Shown piece by piece: positions 31,229 through 41,132 of a stretch of 64,000 nt of DNA. Each line of letters opens with the position of its first letter. Position 1 is the first letter of the stretch. A program made the position numbers and the translations under genes. The notes beneath the pieces were generated by a model that saw only the letters and a list, made by a program, of their open reading frames with translations, did not search any database and had not been told where the DNA came from. Source of the stretch: Candidatus Bathyarchaeota archaeon (GTDB taxonomy: Archaea; Thermoproteota; Bathyarchaeia; Bathyarchaeales; Bathycorpusculaceae); NCBI GenBank assembly GCA_963832745.1, contig CAWHVC010000005.1:480001-544000 (forward strand). Reading direction: 5' to 3'.

Positions 31229-31612
31229 TTATTCGATCTTCCATTTCTTGGCAACTTTAACTACAATGAAAGCGATGAAAGCCACGATAATGAACGTAAT
31301 CAATGCAGATATGAATGCGCCATACAGGAATAGTTGTCCATTGACTTCAAAGGATGCTTCTGCCAAGTTGCCCATTTCCGACGGAAGAGCTAAACCGATC
31401 AAAGGCATGACAAAACCTGTGACCAGTGACTGAACAAGTGTGCCAAGATAGATACCTAAGACGAAAGCTATGGCGAGCCCAAGAATCTTGTATTTTGACA
31501 GGAAGTCTTTGAATTCATTCCATAAGCCTTTTGGTGGTGGGGGTGGTGGCGCCTTTTCTAATGATTCGCGGATTTTCCGTAATTCTGCTAACATTTCATC
31601 TTCTTTTGACAA
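31229..31612 (-). CDS. mscL: MscL-family mechanosensitive channel with atypical N-terminal extension
   Basis: EFKDFL..YKILGLAIAFVLG..LVQSLV..MPLI and YGAFISALITFIIVAF; TTG start after RBS gaggt. Confidence 0.85.
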   Translation of the reverse strand: MSKEDEMLAELRKIRESLEKAPPPPPPKGLWNEFKDFLSKYKILGLAIAFVLGIYLGTLVQSLVTGFVMPLIGLALPSEMGNLAEASFEVNGQLFLYGAFISALITFIIVAFIAFIVVKVAKKWKIE

Positions 31613-31775
31613 TAAAGCAACCTCAAAATATTCTGCATATATTGGGCTAATAAGATTATCCATTAACGATACAACCGCTAATGTGGCAAGTATTCACTTT
31701 TTAGGTGGGGGTAAAGATTATAGGCAAAAAGCTTCATATGCACACATAATCTCGCTGTCAATGAGAAGGATACAT

Positions 31776-32231
31776 ATGGGTTTAGCTGAACTGGATGATT
31801 TAGACAAAAGCATCCTAAAACTGCTTCAAAAGGATGCCAGACTCTCGTTTGCCGAAATCGGGCGCAGTTTAGACATTGCGGAAACTACCGTTCGCTTCCG
31901 GGTCAACCGCCTTGTTGAAAGTGGCGTTATAACACGTTTTGCTGCCCTGCTTGACCCAGAAAAAGTCGGGTTAACCGTCGGTGGCGCCATTCTGCTTAAG
32001 GTTGACCCTGCACATTTAGAAGCAGCATGCAAGCAGTTGGCGGGGTTTGAAGAAACGCAGTACCTGTTTAGGAGCACTGGCGAGTATGATGTTGTTTCGA
32101 TGATTTTGGCTCGTGACATGGAGCACCTTAACGAGTTGGTTAAACGTACAAAAATGATTGCAGGGGTTAAGGATGCGCGGTTGTCTGTTACGACCAAGAT
32201 GCTAAAGTTTGCGCCGACTATTGAGCTTTAA
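31776..32231 (+). CDS. Lrp/AsnC-family transcriptional regulator
   Basis: LDDLDKSILKLLQKDARLSFAEIGR...RVNRLVESGVI, TGEYD. Confidence 0.93.
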   Translation: MGLAELDDLDKSILKLLQKDARLSFAEIGRSLDIAETTVRFRVNRLVESGVITRFAALLDPEKVGLTVGGAILLKVDPAHLEAACKQLAGFEETQYLFRSTGEYDVVSMILARDMEHLNELVKRTKMIAGVKDARLSVTTKMLKFAPTIEL

Positions 32232-32362
32232 CTTGCCTGCTGTGTTGCGGATTCAGCAATAAACAGGTTATAAGCCAGATGCTTCCGCAAGATTAATACA
32301 TGTAACTGCACATGTTACAACAGTTTAACCCACTGCCGGTTAAGGCTTCAGGAGACAAGTTT

Positions 32363-32884
32363 ATGACAGCAAAATCAACCCTTGGCCAATGTTATAAAAA
32401 ACCCCACCCACCCCAAATAGACGACGCCGACAAACAAATCCTACAATTACTTCAAGAAGACTTCCCATTAGTTGAACAACCATGGAAAGAACTAAGCAGT
32501 AAAACCGGCATACCTGAAAACCAACTTATCAACCGTATTGAAAAACTGCAGGCAACAGGCGTATTAAGGAAAATCGGTCCCATAGTCGACCCCACAAAAG
32601 TCGGCTACACCTCAGCAACGTTAGTCGCACTGCGTGTTCCCGAAAGTAAAGTTGATGCTGTAGCCGCAATCATTAACCAGTACAACAACATCTCACACAA
32701 TTATGAGCGGGAACATGAATACAATGTTTGGTTCACATTGGTCACAAAAACCATGCAGGAATTAACCAGCACGTTAAGTGAGATACTGCAAAAAACGGGT
32801 TTAAGCCAAAATGACGTTTTGAATTTGCCTACGGCTCAACGTTTCAAGATTAATGTAAACTTGCAATTAACCACCAGTTTTTAG
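32363..32884 (+). CDS. ahbA: Siroheme decarboxylase alpha subunit
   Basis: LQEDFPLVEQPW, SHNYEREHEYNVWFT; operon with ahbBCD. Confidence 0.88.
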   Translation: MTAKSTLGQCYKKPHPPQIDDADKQILQLLQEDFPLVEQPWKELSSKTGIPENQLINRIEKLQATGVLRKIGPIVDPTKVGYTSATLVALRVPESKVDAVAAIINQYNNISHNYEREHEYNVWFTLVTKTMQELTSTLSEILQKTGLSQNDVLNLPTAQRFKINVNLQLTTSF

Positions 32885-32896
32885 GAGAAAAAACTT

Positions 32897-33370
32897 TTGG
32901 ACAAAATTGACGAATTCTTACTTTCAGAATTAAACCATGGAATCCCCCTAACCACGCAACCGTTTAACAGCATCGCAGCAAAAATCGGTGTCTCACCCAA
33001 CGAAGTCTTAACGCGATTGACAAAACTAAAGGAGTCAGGCGTGATTAGGCGGTTTGGAGCCAGCATAAAACCTAACGATGTTGGACTTACGGCTAATGCG
33101 GTTATCGCTTGGAATGTGCCAATGGAACGGGTTAACGAAGTGGGCGTATACTTGTCGTCTTTTCGAGAAGTAACACATTGTTATGAACGCCAGTCGGTTC
33201 CTGAACGGTGGGAATACAATCTCTACACCGTAATGCATGCGCAGGAACGCCAGTCAATAGAACAATTAACAAAACTGCTTGCCGAAACCATCGGCATCCA
33301 AAACTACGTTATCCTTTACAGTAAACGTGACCTTAAAAACGGCAAAATCCAACAGGAGCATCAACAATGA
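32897..33370 (+). CDS. ahbB: Siroheme decarboxylase beta subunit
   Basis: GIPLTTQPF, IRRFGA, VTHCYER..WEYNLYTVMH. Confidence 0.88.
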   Translation: MDKIDEFLLSELNHGIPLTTQPFNSIAAKIGVSPNEVLTRLTKLKESGVIRRFGASIKPNDVGLTANAVIAWNVPMERVNEVGVYLSSFREVTHCYERQSVPERWEYNLYTVMHAQERQSIEQLTKLLAETIGIQNYVILYSKRDLKNGKIQQEHQQ

Positions 33371-34512
33371 TAACCCTCACAAAACTGTGGTGCAACCAAC
33401 CCGGCTCAATGGATCAACTTCGTTACAGCCGCACTGCACACCAACGCCCTGTAGTAGTCTGGAGCACTACAAGGCAATGTAACCTGCATTGTATGCACTG
33501 CTATTCAAAATCAGAAAACAAAACCTACCAAAACGAGCTTACCAATGAAGAAGCAAAACGCTTCATAGCCGACCTTGCCGAGTTTAAAGTTCCAGTCTTG
33601 CTGTTTTCAGGCGGGGAACCGATGATGCGCAGTGACCTCTTCGAATTAGCCAAATTAGCTTCTGATTCAGGCATTCACCCTGTAATGTCAACTAACGGCA
33701 CCCTAATCACAAAAGAAGCGGCAGAACAAATTAAACAAGTTGGTTTTGACTACGTTGGCGTAAGCTTAGACGGCGTTGGTGAAACCAACAACCGTTTCCG
33801 AGGCGCCCCAGACGCGTTTGAAAAAGCCGTTGAAGGCATCCACAACTGCATGGCTACAGGGATAAAAACTGGTTTACGTTTAACAGTCAGCAAATATAAC
33901 ATTGCTGATGTTCCAGCAATTTTTGACTTCATAGAAAAAGAAAAAATTCCGCGTGCCTGCTTTTACCATTTAGCTTATGTTGGCAGGGGTACAAGCATAG
34001 CCAAAGATGACTTAACACATGAGCAAACCCGCCAATTCATGGATATGCTGCTATCTAAAGCTGAAGAGTTCCAAAAGAAAGGTTTGGATACTGAAATCTT
34101 AACCGTTGACAACCACGCCGACGCCGCATATATTTACCTGAAAATAAAAGAAAAAGACCCAAAGCGCGCCGAACAAGTTATGCAACTACTAAAACTTAAC
34201 GGCGGCAACAGTTCAGGCCGCGGCATTGCCTGCGTCGACTTCAATGGCTACGTGCATCCTGACCAGTTCTGGCAACACTATAGCCTCGGCAACATCCGTG
34301 AACGAAAATTCAGCGAAATCTGGACTACCCAATCCGAACCCCTGCTAAATCAGTTAAAAAACAGAAAAGACCTCCTAACAGGCAAATGCAGCAGCTGCCG
34401 TTTCCTAAACATTTGTAATGGGAACCTGCGTGTTAGGGCAGAAGCAGTTTACGGTGACGTTTGGGCTCCCGACCCGGCCTGCTACCTGACCGAAAAAGAA
34501 ATACAGGCTTGA
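33367..34512 (+). CDS. ahbC: Fe-coproporphyrin III synthase (radical SAM, NirJ1-like)
   Basis: RPVVVWSTTRQCNLHCMHCY, CFYHLAY, VDNHAD, HPDQFW, CNGNLRVRA..DPACY. Confidence 0.88.
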   Translation: MITLTKLWCNQPGSMDQLRYSRTAHQRPVVVWSTTRQCNLHCMHCYSKSENKTYQNELTNEEAKRFIADLAEFKVPVLLFSGGEPMMRSDLFELAKLASDSGIHPVMSTNGTLITKEAAEQIKQVGFDYVGVSLDGVGETNNRFRGAPDAFEKAVEGIHNCMATGIKTGLRLTVSKYNIADVPAIFDFIEKEKIPRACFYHLAYVGRGTSIAKDDLTHEQTRQFMDMLLSKAEEFQKKGLDTEILTVDNHADAAYIYLKIKEKDPKRAEQVMQLLKLNGGNSSGRGIACVDFNGYVHPDQFWQHYSLGNIRERKFSEIWTTQSEPLLNQLKNRKDLLTGKCSSCRFLNICNGNLRVRAEAVYGDVWAPDPACYLTEKEIQA

Positions 34513-34517
34513 ACCCG

Positions 34518-35564
34518 ATGACCACACAGCCTAGCCACACAAACCCAGCTGCGTTGGCGCCCCGCGTTGTCGCTTGGGAATCCACCCGCGCCTGCAACTA
34601 CGCCTGCCAACACTGCCGTGCAACCGCCCAAAAACAGGCTGACCCAAACCAGTTAACCACCAAAGAAGCACTTGACATGGTGGACCAAATCGCAGCATTC
34701 TGCAAACCCATCTTGATTATTAGCGGCGGCGACCCCTTGCTACGAGGAGACATTTTTGAAGTTGCCAAATACGCCACCGACAAGGGTTTGCGGGTTGTTA
34801 TGTCTCCAAGCGGCAGCAACATCACCCTATCGGTTATCGAAAAAATGAAAGCTTCAGGCACCAAGATGATTTCTTTAAGCTTGGACGGCGCAACAGCGGC
34901 GGTTCATGACGGTTTCCGCATGGTTCCAGGCGCATTTGACTTGGCAATGCATAACATGAAGCTGGCGCGTGAAAATCAGATGCCTTTCCGAATTAACACA
35001 ACGGTAACCCAGCACAACCTTGCAGATTTACCTAACATTTTAAAGTTGGCAGAGCAAGTTGGCGCTGTTGAATGGGACGTTTTCATGCTGGTGCCAACTG
35101 GTAGAGGAAAAATTCAGATGGAAATATCACCAGACCAGTATGAAGAAACACTCCAATCTGTTTACCAATCAAGTTTAACTTCGGCGATTCCAATCAAAGT
35201 CACTTGCGCTCCACAATACAGCCGAATCGTAGCCCAACACGTACAAGCTAATCCTGAAAGTAAGGGTAGACACGGCGGGAGAGGTTGCATGGCAGGCAAC
35301 GGATTCTGCTTCATATCTCACATTGGTGAGGTTTACGGTTGCGGGTTTTTGCCAATCAAAGCAGGCAATATAAGACAACAAAACTTCCGAGAAATCTATC
35401 AAAACGCGTCACTTTTCAAGCAACTTCGTGACCACACCCTGTTAAAAGAAAAGTGTGGCATATGCAACTTTAAAGCTACTTGCGGGGGATGCCGTGCAAG
35501 GGCTTATTCCATACGGAAAGACTTTTTGGAAGAAGAACCCTTCTGCAATTATCACCCTTTTTAG
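34518..35564 (+). CDS. ahbD: AdoMet-dependent heme b synthase (radical SAM/SPASM, NirJ2-like)
   Basis: VAWESTRACNYACQHCRA, FMLVPTGRG, TCAPQY, GCMAG, CGGCRARA. Confidence 0.88.
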   Translation: MTTQPSHTNPAALAPRVVAWESTRACNYACQHCRATAQKQADPNQLTTKEALDMVDQIAAFCKPILIISGGDPLLRGDIFEVAKYATDKGLRVVMSPSGSNITLSVIEKMKASGTKMISLSLDGATAAVHDGFRMVPGAFDLAMHNMKLARENQMPFRINTTVTQHNLADLPNILKLAEQVGAVEWDVFMLVPTGRGKIQMEISPDQYEETLQSVYQSSLTSAIPIKVTCAPQYSRIVAQHVQANPESKGRHGGRGCMAGNGFCFISHIGEVYGCGFLPIKAGNIRQQNFREIYQNASLFKQLRDHTLLKEKCGICNFKATCGGCRARAYSIRKDFLEEEPFCNYHPF

Positions 35565-35571
35565 AATCAGC

Positions 35572-35802
35572 CTATTTTTTGTTTGAAGATTTGCCTTGTC
35601 CAGCTATTTCACAATTGTTTAGGCTATTGCTGAATTGGGCATAAATTTGGTCTTTTAAACTTCTGGCAAACTCTATAAAGTTGCCTCTACACTCAGCTGA
35701 ACAAAAAGAGAGGTCTTTTAAGTTACCATCGAAAACATAAGTGAGATTGCAAGAGTTTTTTGTTAATGGCTTCTTGCAGTACACACATTCTTTTTCTGAC
35801 AT
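35572..35802 (-). CDS. Small TRASH/YHS-like metal-binding protein
   Basis: CVYC...FCSAEC. Confidence 0.65.
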   Translation of the reverse strand: MSEKECVYCKKPLTKNSCNLTYVFDGNLKDLSFCSAECRGNFIEFARSLKDQIYAQFSNSLNNCEIAGQGKSSNKK

Positions 35803-35868
35803 TTACAACCATTTCCTATGGATATGTTATTGCGAATTGAGGTTTATTGGTTTATGTTATGAACCAAA

Positions 35869-35978
35869 AGCAGGCGCATATTTGGAGACTATTAGGAATC
35901 CTAATAGTTAATCTATGCAGAAACTATAGAGGGGTAGGTCCTAACGGTTCAGAAGCAAGCCAAAAGTATGTTGAAATT
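35869..35978 (+). repeat. Dispersed intergenic repeat, copy 3
   Basis: tatttggag-actattagga-a-tcctaatagt...gcagaaactatagaggggtagg...agtatgttgaaa. Confidence 0.85.
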
Positions 35979-36038
35979 TGGCTTCATAAAGCTTAATAGC
36001 GTCTTACTACAGCATACAATACTTTAAGGTTTAACTCT

Positions 36039-36329
36039 ATGAATAGATGGCTAAAAATTATTCTTCCTACAATCTTGTCAGCACTCATAGTTGCTCTTTT
36101 GCTTATAATCTCTGGTCTTGGCACAATATCACTTATCGACGTCAACAATGACATCGTCACTAAGACGGTTGTTGCGTTGGACGTAAACACTTTTGCCACA
36201 TTAATGATTGCGGGCGTAGCCTTGACAGTACTGTTTACAAGCTTAGTAGTCAGCAGTACCGACAAAACAGCACCTGCACCACAACAGATACAAACTCAAA
36301 CACCAAGCACAGAACAAATCCAACCATAA
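36039..36329 (+). CDS. Small two-TM membrane protein
   Basis: Two hydrophobic helices and a Q/T/P-rich tail. Confidence 0.6.
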   Translation: MNRWLKIILPTILSALIVALLLIISGLGTISLIDVNNDIVTKTVVALDVNTFATLMIAGVALTVLFTSLVVSSTDKTAPAPQQIQTQTPSTEQIQP

Positions 36330-36340
36330 ACCTAACAATC

Positions 36341-36680
36341 TTATTTTTTCTTGAAAAAGAACACGCCATAATTCTTGTAAAGCTCAAGTCGTTCAAGCCT
36401 AAAATCGGCGGTTTCAATACATGCCTGAACACTGGAGACATTGGTTTTCGCTTTCTTGAGCACCTCAACTGAAAGGCCAACTGCAATAATCTGCCCTACA
36501 CGCTTAGCCAACTCAACAGTGAAAAATCCGGGTCAACAGCCCAAAATCCATAACAGTTTCATTTCCAGACAGGGAAACTTTTTCTCAACCAGTAGAGAGG
36601 GCTGTTCAGATAAACGCCTAAAAAGATTATTCTAAAAACCAAGCGCCTGAAGCAGAATACACCTGCTCTTTATGTGACAT
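36341..36680 (-). pseudogene. Class I SAM-dependent methyltransferase pseudogene
   Basis: Minus strand gives (VMDF/L)GC*PGFFTVELAKRVGQIIAVGLSVEVLKKAK, i.e. motif I with a stop codon; further stops/frameshifts and the middle of the domain is missing. Confidence 0.7.
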
Positions 36681-37005
36681 AGCTTTTGATAGTTGACAAT
36701 GCAGTTTTTGCTTTTAAACTTAGTTTAGAAAAATTGGGTTCTATCGAGGCGACGATTTTTTGTATTTTTTGGGTAAAACGTTAAGTTGATCAGTTTTTGA
36801 CAGTACGGCTGATGGGGGAATCATTAGCGTGGAGTCTTGGGGGTTAACAGGTTGAATTTCTGTTTGTGCTTTCATTATTTGGTTTGATTCTTCTTTAGCC
36901 AAACAGCATTACCATTCAAATATTTCGGGTTGAAAGATAAAAAACCATGTGACTACAAAAAAGAAGCAACTTGCAAAAAAAGAGGATTTGCCAAAAGTTT
37001 CAAGG

Positions 37006-37146
37006 TTACCTTTTATTTTTCATGTGCGCATGACTACAGTGTTTTTCGTAATCTTCGCGAGTGTTAAAAACGCGGTTGTCTGCGCCACATTGAAATCGTC
37101 CATCAGAAGTTATTATAGGATCGATAATGTGCGTGTCACGAGACAA
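37006..37146 (-). CDS. 46-aa C2H2-like zinc-finger protein (not in ORF track)
   Basis: RBS ggaggtga, TTG start; MSRDTHIIDPIITSDGRFQCGADNRVFNTREDYEKHCSHAHMKNKR. Confidence 0.7.
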   Translation of the reverse strand: MSRDTHIIDPIITSDGRFQCGADNRVFNTREDYEKHCSHAHMKNKR

Positions 37147-37490
37147 AAAATCACCTCCAACACTCAAAGAACAAAACTATATTTTCAACAAGAACAAATA
37201 AGTTTATGTGATTGTCAATTATCAACAATTAAACCAGAACGTTTGTTTTGTAGATTGTTGTTGTATCGATACAGTCACAAGTTCTTTTATTTTTCAATCG
37301 CCCTTAATGGGAATAATAGAAACGGACTGTAACAAGTCCAAAAACGAGTGGAGAAGTAACGGTTAACAAGCTTGGAAGCGTTACAGCGCTTTATCCCCCT
37401 CTCTCTTCCTAAAAGGCTGTACCGCCTATGGGCTAATTAACCGCCAATTCTTCAAAAAATAGACTACGGGAAAAGGGAGTGCAAAAAAGT

Positions 37491-37841
37491 ATGGAATTTT
37501 GTGAAAAATGTGGTTCGCGTCTTGTTCCAAGAAAAATCAATTCAGGCAATCAAACAATGTTGATGCTTGTATGCAACAAGTGCCAGTACAAGAAACCAGA
37601 ATCTGAAGAGGAATTAATCAGGACCAATAGCAAGATAATCGAACATGGACCTAAACAGTACGTTGCAGTAATAAGCAAAGAAGCTCAGTTAAACACGATG
37701 CCAACAGTTCATATAGAGTGTCCAAGATGCGGCAACAACACCGCAAACGTTTGGCAAGTCCAAACCCGAGGCTCCGATGAATCCTCAACTCAATTTCTAA
37801 GGTGCACAAACTGCAACTACACTTTTAGGGAATACACCTAA
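37491..37841 (+). CDS. tfs: Transcription factor S (TFS/RpoM family)
   Basis: FCEKCG...CNKC and CPRCG...QVQTRGSDESSTQFLRCTNC. Confidence 0.92.
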   Translation: MEFCEKCGSRLVPRKINSGNQTMLMLVCNKCQYKKPESEEELIRTNSKIIEHGPKQYVAVISKEAQLNTMPTVHIECPRCGNNTANVWQVQTRGSDESSTQFLRCTNCNYTFREYT

Positions 37842-37905
37842 ACCTTCTCTTCTTTCACGATTTTAACTAAAAATAAACTTTAAACCTGAACGGTTTTTTG
37901 GGTAC

Positions 37906-38046
37906 ATGCCAATCTTTCAATGCACAAAATGCGGTAAAAAAGTAAGAACAGAATATGACCTCTCCTGCACTGGTGACGTTAAACGTAACGTGGAAAAACC
38001 GCCAGAATGCTGTGGCAAACCTATGATTGAAATAATCGACGACTAA
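37906..38046 (+). CDS. 46-aa desulforedoxin-like metal-binding protein (not in ORF track)
   Basis: MPIFQCTKCGKKVRTEYDLSCTGDVKRNVEKPPECCGKPMIEIIDD (CxxC...CCGxPM). Confidence 0.75.
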   Translation: MPIFQCTKCGKKVRTEYDLSCTGDVKRNVEKPPECCGKPMIEIIDD

Positions 38047-38053
38047 AACTGTT

Positions 38054-38815
38054 TTACATTGGCTTTAGAGTTGACTTACGCCACAGGTTATCAAAATAGT
38101 TCATGGCCATAATCAACATGTTTTGATTATTAGTCCATAAAGCCGGAGAATCACGCAAGTCAACGGGGTCTTCTATTACAATGACTTCTTTTTTGTCAAA
38201 GATTGCAAGCATCGCCTTGGGTTTAGTTTGAATATACCGTAAAGTATACGAGTCTTCTTTGAATTTTTTAATTAAATCCAAACTATTTCGGTTAGAGGGC
38301 TGCTCTAGTATACAGCGTTTTGGCACTTTAGGGTTTAATTTTTCTGGAATGGCGTCGTATACGAATTCGGAAAAGAAGTCCCAAGATATGGTAAGGTCTA
38401 TTGATTCATGAGCGTTTTCAATGGATTTTATCGCGTTCTTTATAACTTGTTCTTTATGCGGAATTAAAACTATTCCTGATTTGTTTTTTATTTTTTCGCA
38501 TTTTTCCTTGTTAGAGCTTACCGATTTGGCTATATCTTGTTGAGGCTGAATTTTTCTTTGCAACAAAAACTTTAACGCTTGGTCCGCTGAAACTGCTTTG
38601 AATTTTATATAAGGTTTAACGGTTTTTTCTACTAATCCTAACTCGTAGAGTTTAAGCAGTATGCAATATGTATCTGACGGGTTTACTTTTAGCTGTTTAG
38701 CTATTTCAACTACACTTGAAGGTCCAAATCTGGCTAAAGTGAAGTAGATTTTTGCCTGTTGGCTGTTTAGCCCCAAATTCATTAGTGTTTGAACTTCTGT
38801 AGCTTGAAACGTCAA
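38054..38815 (-). CDS. TrmB-family transcriptional regulator
   Basis: LGLNSQQAKIYFTL..G, LYELGLVEK; IFDKKEV; ALWTNN..YFDNLW. Confidence 0.85.
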   Translation of the reverse strand: MTFQATEVQTLMNLGLNSQQAKIYFTLARFGPSSVVEIAKQLKVNPSDTYCILLKLYELGLVEKTVKPYIKFKAVSADQALKFLLQRKIQPQQDIAKSVSSNKEKCEKIKNKSGIVLIPHKEQVIKNAIKSIENAHESIDLTISWDFFSEFVYDAIPEKLNPKVPKRCILEQPSNRNSLDLIKKFKEDSYTLRYIQTKPKAMLAIFDKKEVIVIEDPVDLRDSPALWTNNQNMLIMAMNYFDNLWRKSTLKPM

Positions 38816-39069
38816 TTCCAACCGCCTCTCCAAAGAATGACTTAGCTCATGAAGAAGCATGCTTTATGCATAAAATTATGGTGGTAGTGCCTCTACCTAC
38901 AATTCTATATTAGCCAGGTTGCTTGAATAAAATCCTACTTTCCATCTAAAGAGTGCATCAAAAACAAACTGTAGGAAACAGGGGCTGAATGGACTTCACA
39001 CATTTCGATCGTATTAGCTACAGTTTTGCATTCTTTTCTCCTTAGTAATGTGAAGCCCAGCAAACCCTG

Positions 39070-41043
39070 CTACTTCACTTTTTCCAGCCGCAAAGTATTC
39101 AGCAAAAGCAACATAGTTACTCCATCATCGCCTGCAGCAACAGTGAACCACAACGGAGTCAACCCCAACAGTCCCAGCCCACCTAAAACGAATTTTATCA
39201 CAAGCGAAGCCCCAATATTCTGTTTAGCAACAACCATTGCCTTCTGACTTAACTTGATAAGGTATGGAATTTGCGATAACTCATCATTCACCAAAACAAT
39301 ATCAGCCGACTCCAAAGCCACATCCACACCTTTGGCGCCCATAGCTATGCCAACATCTGAGGTTGCAAGCGCCGGAGCATCATTAACGCCGTCACCAACC
39401 ATTGCAACCAAACCAGCCTCTTCAAGCTTAAGCGCTTCAACAAGACGCAGTTTATCCTCAGGAAACAACTCCGCATGAACCTCATCAATACCCAAAGTTT
39501 TTGCGATTTCTTGGGCAATTTCCGTTTTATCTCCCGTCAACATGGTAGTCTTAATATTAGCCTTTTTTAGCGATTGCACAGCACGCAGGGCATCTTCGCG
39601 CACTTCATCGGTAACGCAAACAGCGGCTAAACCTGCTTTGCCCACGGAAACACACACTGCAGTATGAATGTCGCCAGCTGTTATTTCAAAAGCTTCTGTG
39701 CAGTCACAGCCGAATTCCCGCATAAGTTCAACGTTCCCCACAGCTACGTGTTGACCATTAACTATTCCAACGATACCTTTGCCGGGGACCTCAAGGACAT
39801 CAGTTACTTTAAATTTTGCCAAGTCAACACCTTTTTCTAAGGCGCGCCGTGTGATTGCTTGGGCAACAGGATGGTTTGAGTACTGGTCAAGCGAGGCAGC
39901 GTACCCAAGCGCTTCTTCCTCATCTTTTGTGTTATCAACTCTACGCACTTCATGAACTGCCGGTCTACCCAAAGTGAGCGTGCCTGTTTTATCGAAGATT
40001 ACACGTTTAATTTTGGCAAGCTTTTCAACAAAGATTCCGCCTTTGATAATTACCCCTTTTTTAGCTGCAACAGTTATAGCGACAAAGATGGTTGCGGGAA
40101 CAGAAATTATGAAAGCGCTGGGACAGGACACAACAAGCAAAATAAGAGAACGGTAAAACCAAGTATCAAATGACCCGCCAAAAATAAGTGGCAACCCAAC
40201 AGCAGTAAAAACTGCAAGACCAATAACGATGGGAACATAAACGCGGGCAAACCTGTCCACAAGACGCTCGATTGAAGCTTTATGCTTTCCAGATTCAATA
40301 ACCAACTGCACAATGCGAGACACAAGGGTTTCGCTTGCTTTTTTAGTTACAGAAATCTTTAGCACTCCAGTCTGGTTTAACGTGCCAGCATAGACGACGT
40401 CGTTGACTTTTTTGGGCACTGGCACCGATTCGCCCGTAACCAAAGCTTGATCAACATGAGAGAAACCATCAATTACGTTGCCGTCCAAAGGAATCCGTTC
40501 ACCAGGCCGGACAAGCAGAACCGTTCCAGGCTCCACAGCATTAACAAAAGCGTCCTTAACCTGATTCTCGAATACAACATGCGCAACTTCAGGCATGAAT
40601 TTGGAAAGTTTTTCAACAGTTTTTCTTGCCCGGTCTTGAATGTAGCCTTCAAAGTATTCTGCAATACAATATAGCATTAGCACGGTAGCGGCTTCAAACC
40701 GGTAATCCAAGTAAAGTGCACCTAGACCAGCAACAGCCATCAAAAATTCGACACTGAAGCGTTTTTCAATTACAAGTTCCTTTATGCCTACGTATCCGAT
40801 GTAAATTGCCACAGTTAACACTGCAGCATAATAGAGGAACAACGAAACAGTAGCATCCAAGTTCAGCACAGGAACTGTGAAGCCTAAGGGTACTCCTGAA
40901 AAAAAGTTGTCAAGAACACCGCTGACAATGATTGTTACGGCAAGCCAAACAGCAAAAAATGTTAAAGCTTTCTTGTAGTGCTCTTCCTCGCCTATTACTT
41001 CTGTTTCTGTTTGGTTTCCAAAGGGCTCTTTGCTGGTTTCCAT
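39070..41043 (-). CDS. Heavy-metal P1B-type ATPase (ZntA/CadA-like)
   Basis: TGES, SCPS, FDKTGTLT, HP, GDGVNDAPAL. Confidence 0.93.
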   Translation of the reverse strand: METSKEPFGNQTETEVIGEEEHYKKALTFFAVWLAVTIIVSGVLDNFFSGVPLGFTVPVLNLDATVSLFLYYAAVLTVAIYIGYVGIKELVIEKRFSVEFLMAVAGLGALYLDYRFEAATVLMLYCIAEYFEGYIQDRARKTVEKLSKFMPEVAHVVFENQVKDAFVNAVEPGTVLLVRPGERIPLDGNVIDGFSHVDQALVTGESVPVPKKVNDVVYAGTLNQTGVLKISVTKKASETLVSRIVQLVIESGKHKASIERLVDRFARVYVPIVIGLAVFTAVGLPLIFGGSFDTWFYRSLILLVVSCPSAFIISVPATIFVAITVAAKKGVIIKGGIFVEKLAKIKRVIFDKTGTLTLGRPAVHEVRRVDNTKDEEEALGYAASLDQYSNHPVAQAITRRALEKGVDLAKFKVTDVLEVPGKGIVGIVNGQHVAVGNVELMREFGCDCTEAFEITAGDIHTAVCVSVGKAGLAAVCVTDEVREDALRAVQSLKKANIKTTMLTGDKTEIAQEIAKTLGIDEVHAELFPEDKLRLVEALKLEEAGLVAMVGDGVNDAPALATSDVGIAMGAKGVDVALESADIVLVNDELSQIPYLIKLSQKAMVVAKQNIGASLVIKFVLGGLGLLGLTPLWFTVAAGDDGVTMLLLLNTLRLEKVK

Positions 41044-41132
41044 TAAATAAACCGCCTACAAGACAAGCACAGAATTAACTATCTAAAACCAATAATCAAT
41101 GCGCTATAAAAGTAAAACAAAAAAGAAAAAGT

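Noticed and set aside
36949-37332. 127-aa + strand ORF
   Set aside because: No recognisable motifs; it overlaps a better-supported minus-strand zinc-finger gene with a strong RBS.
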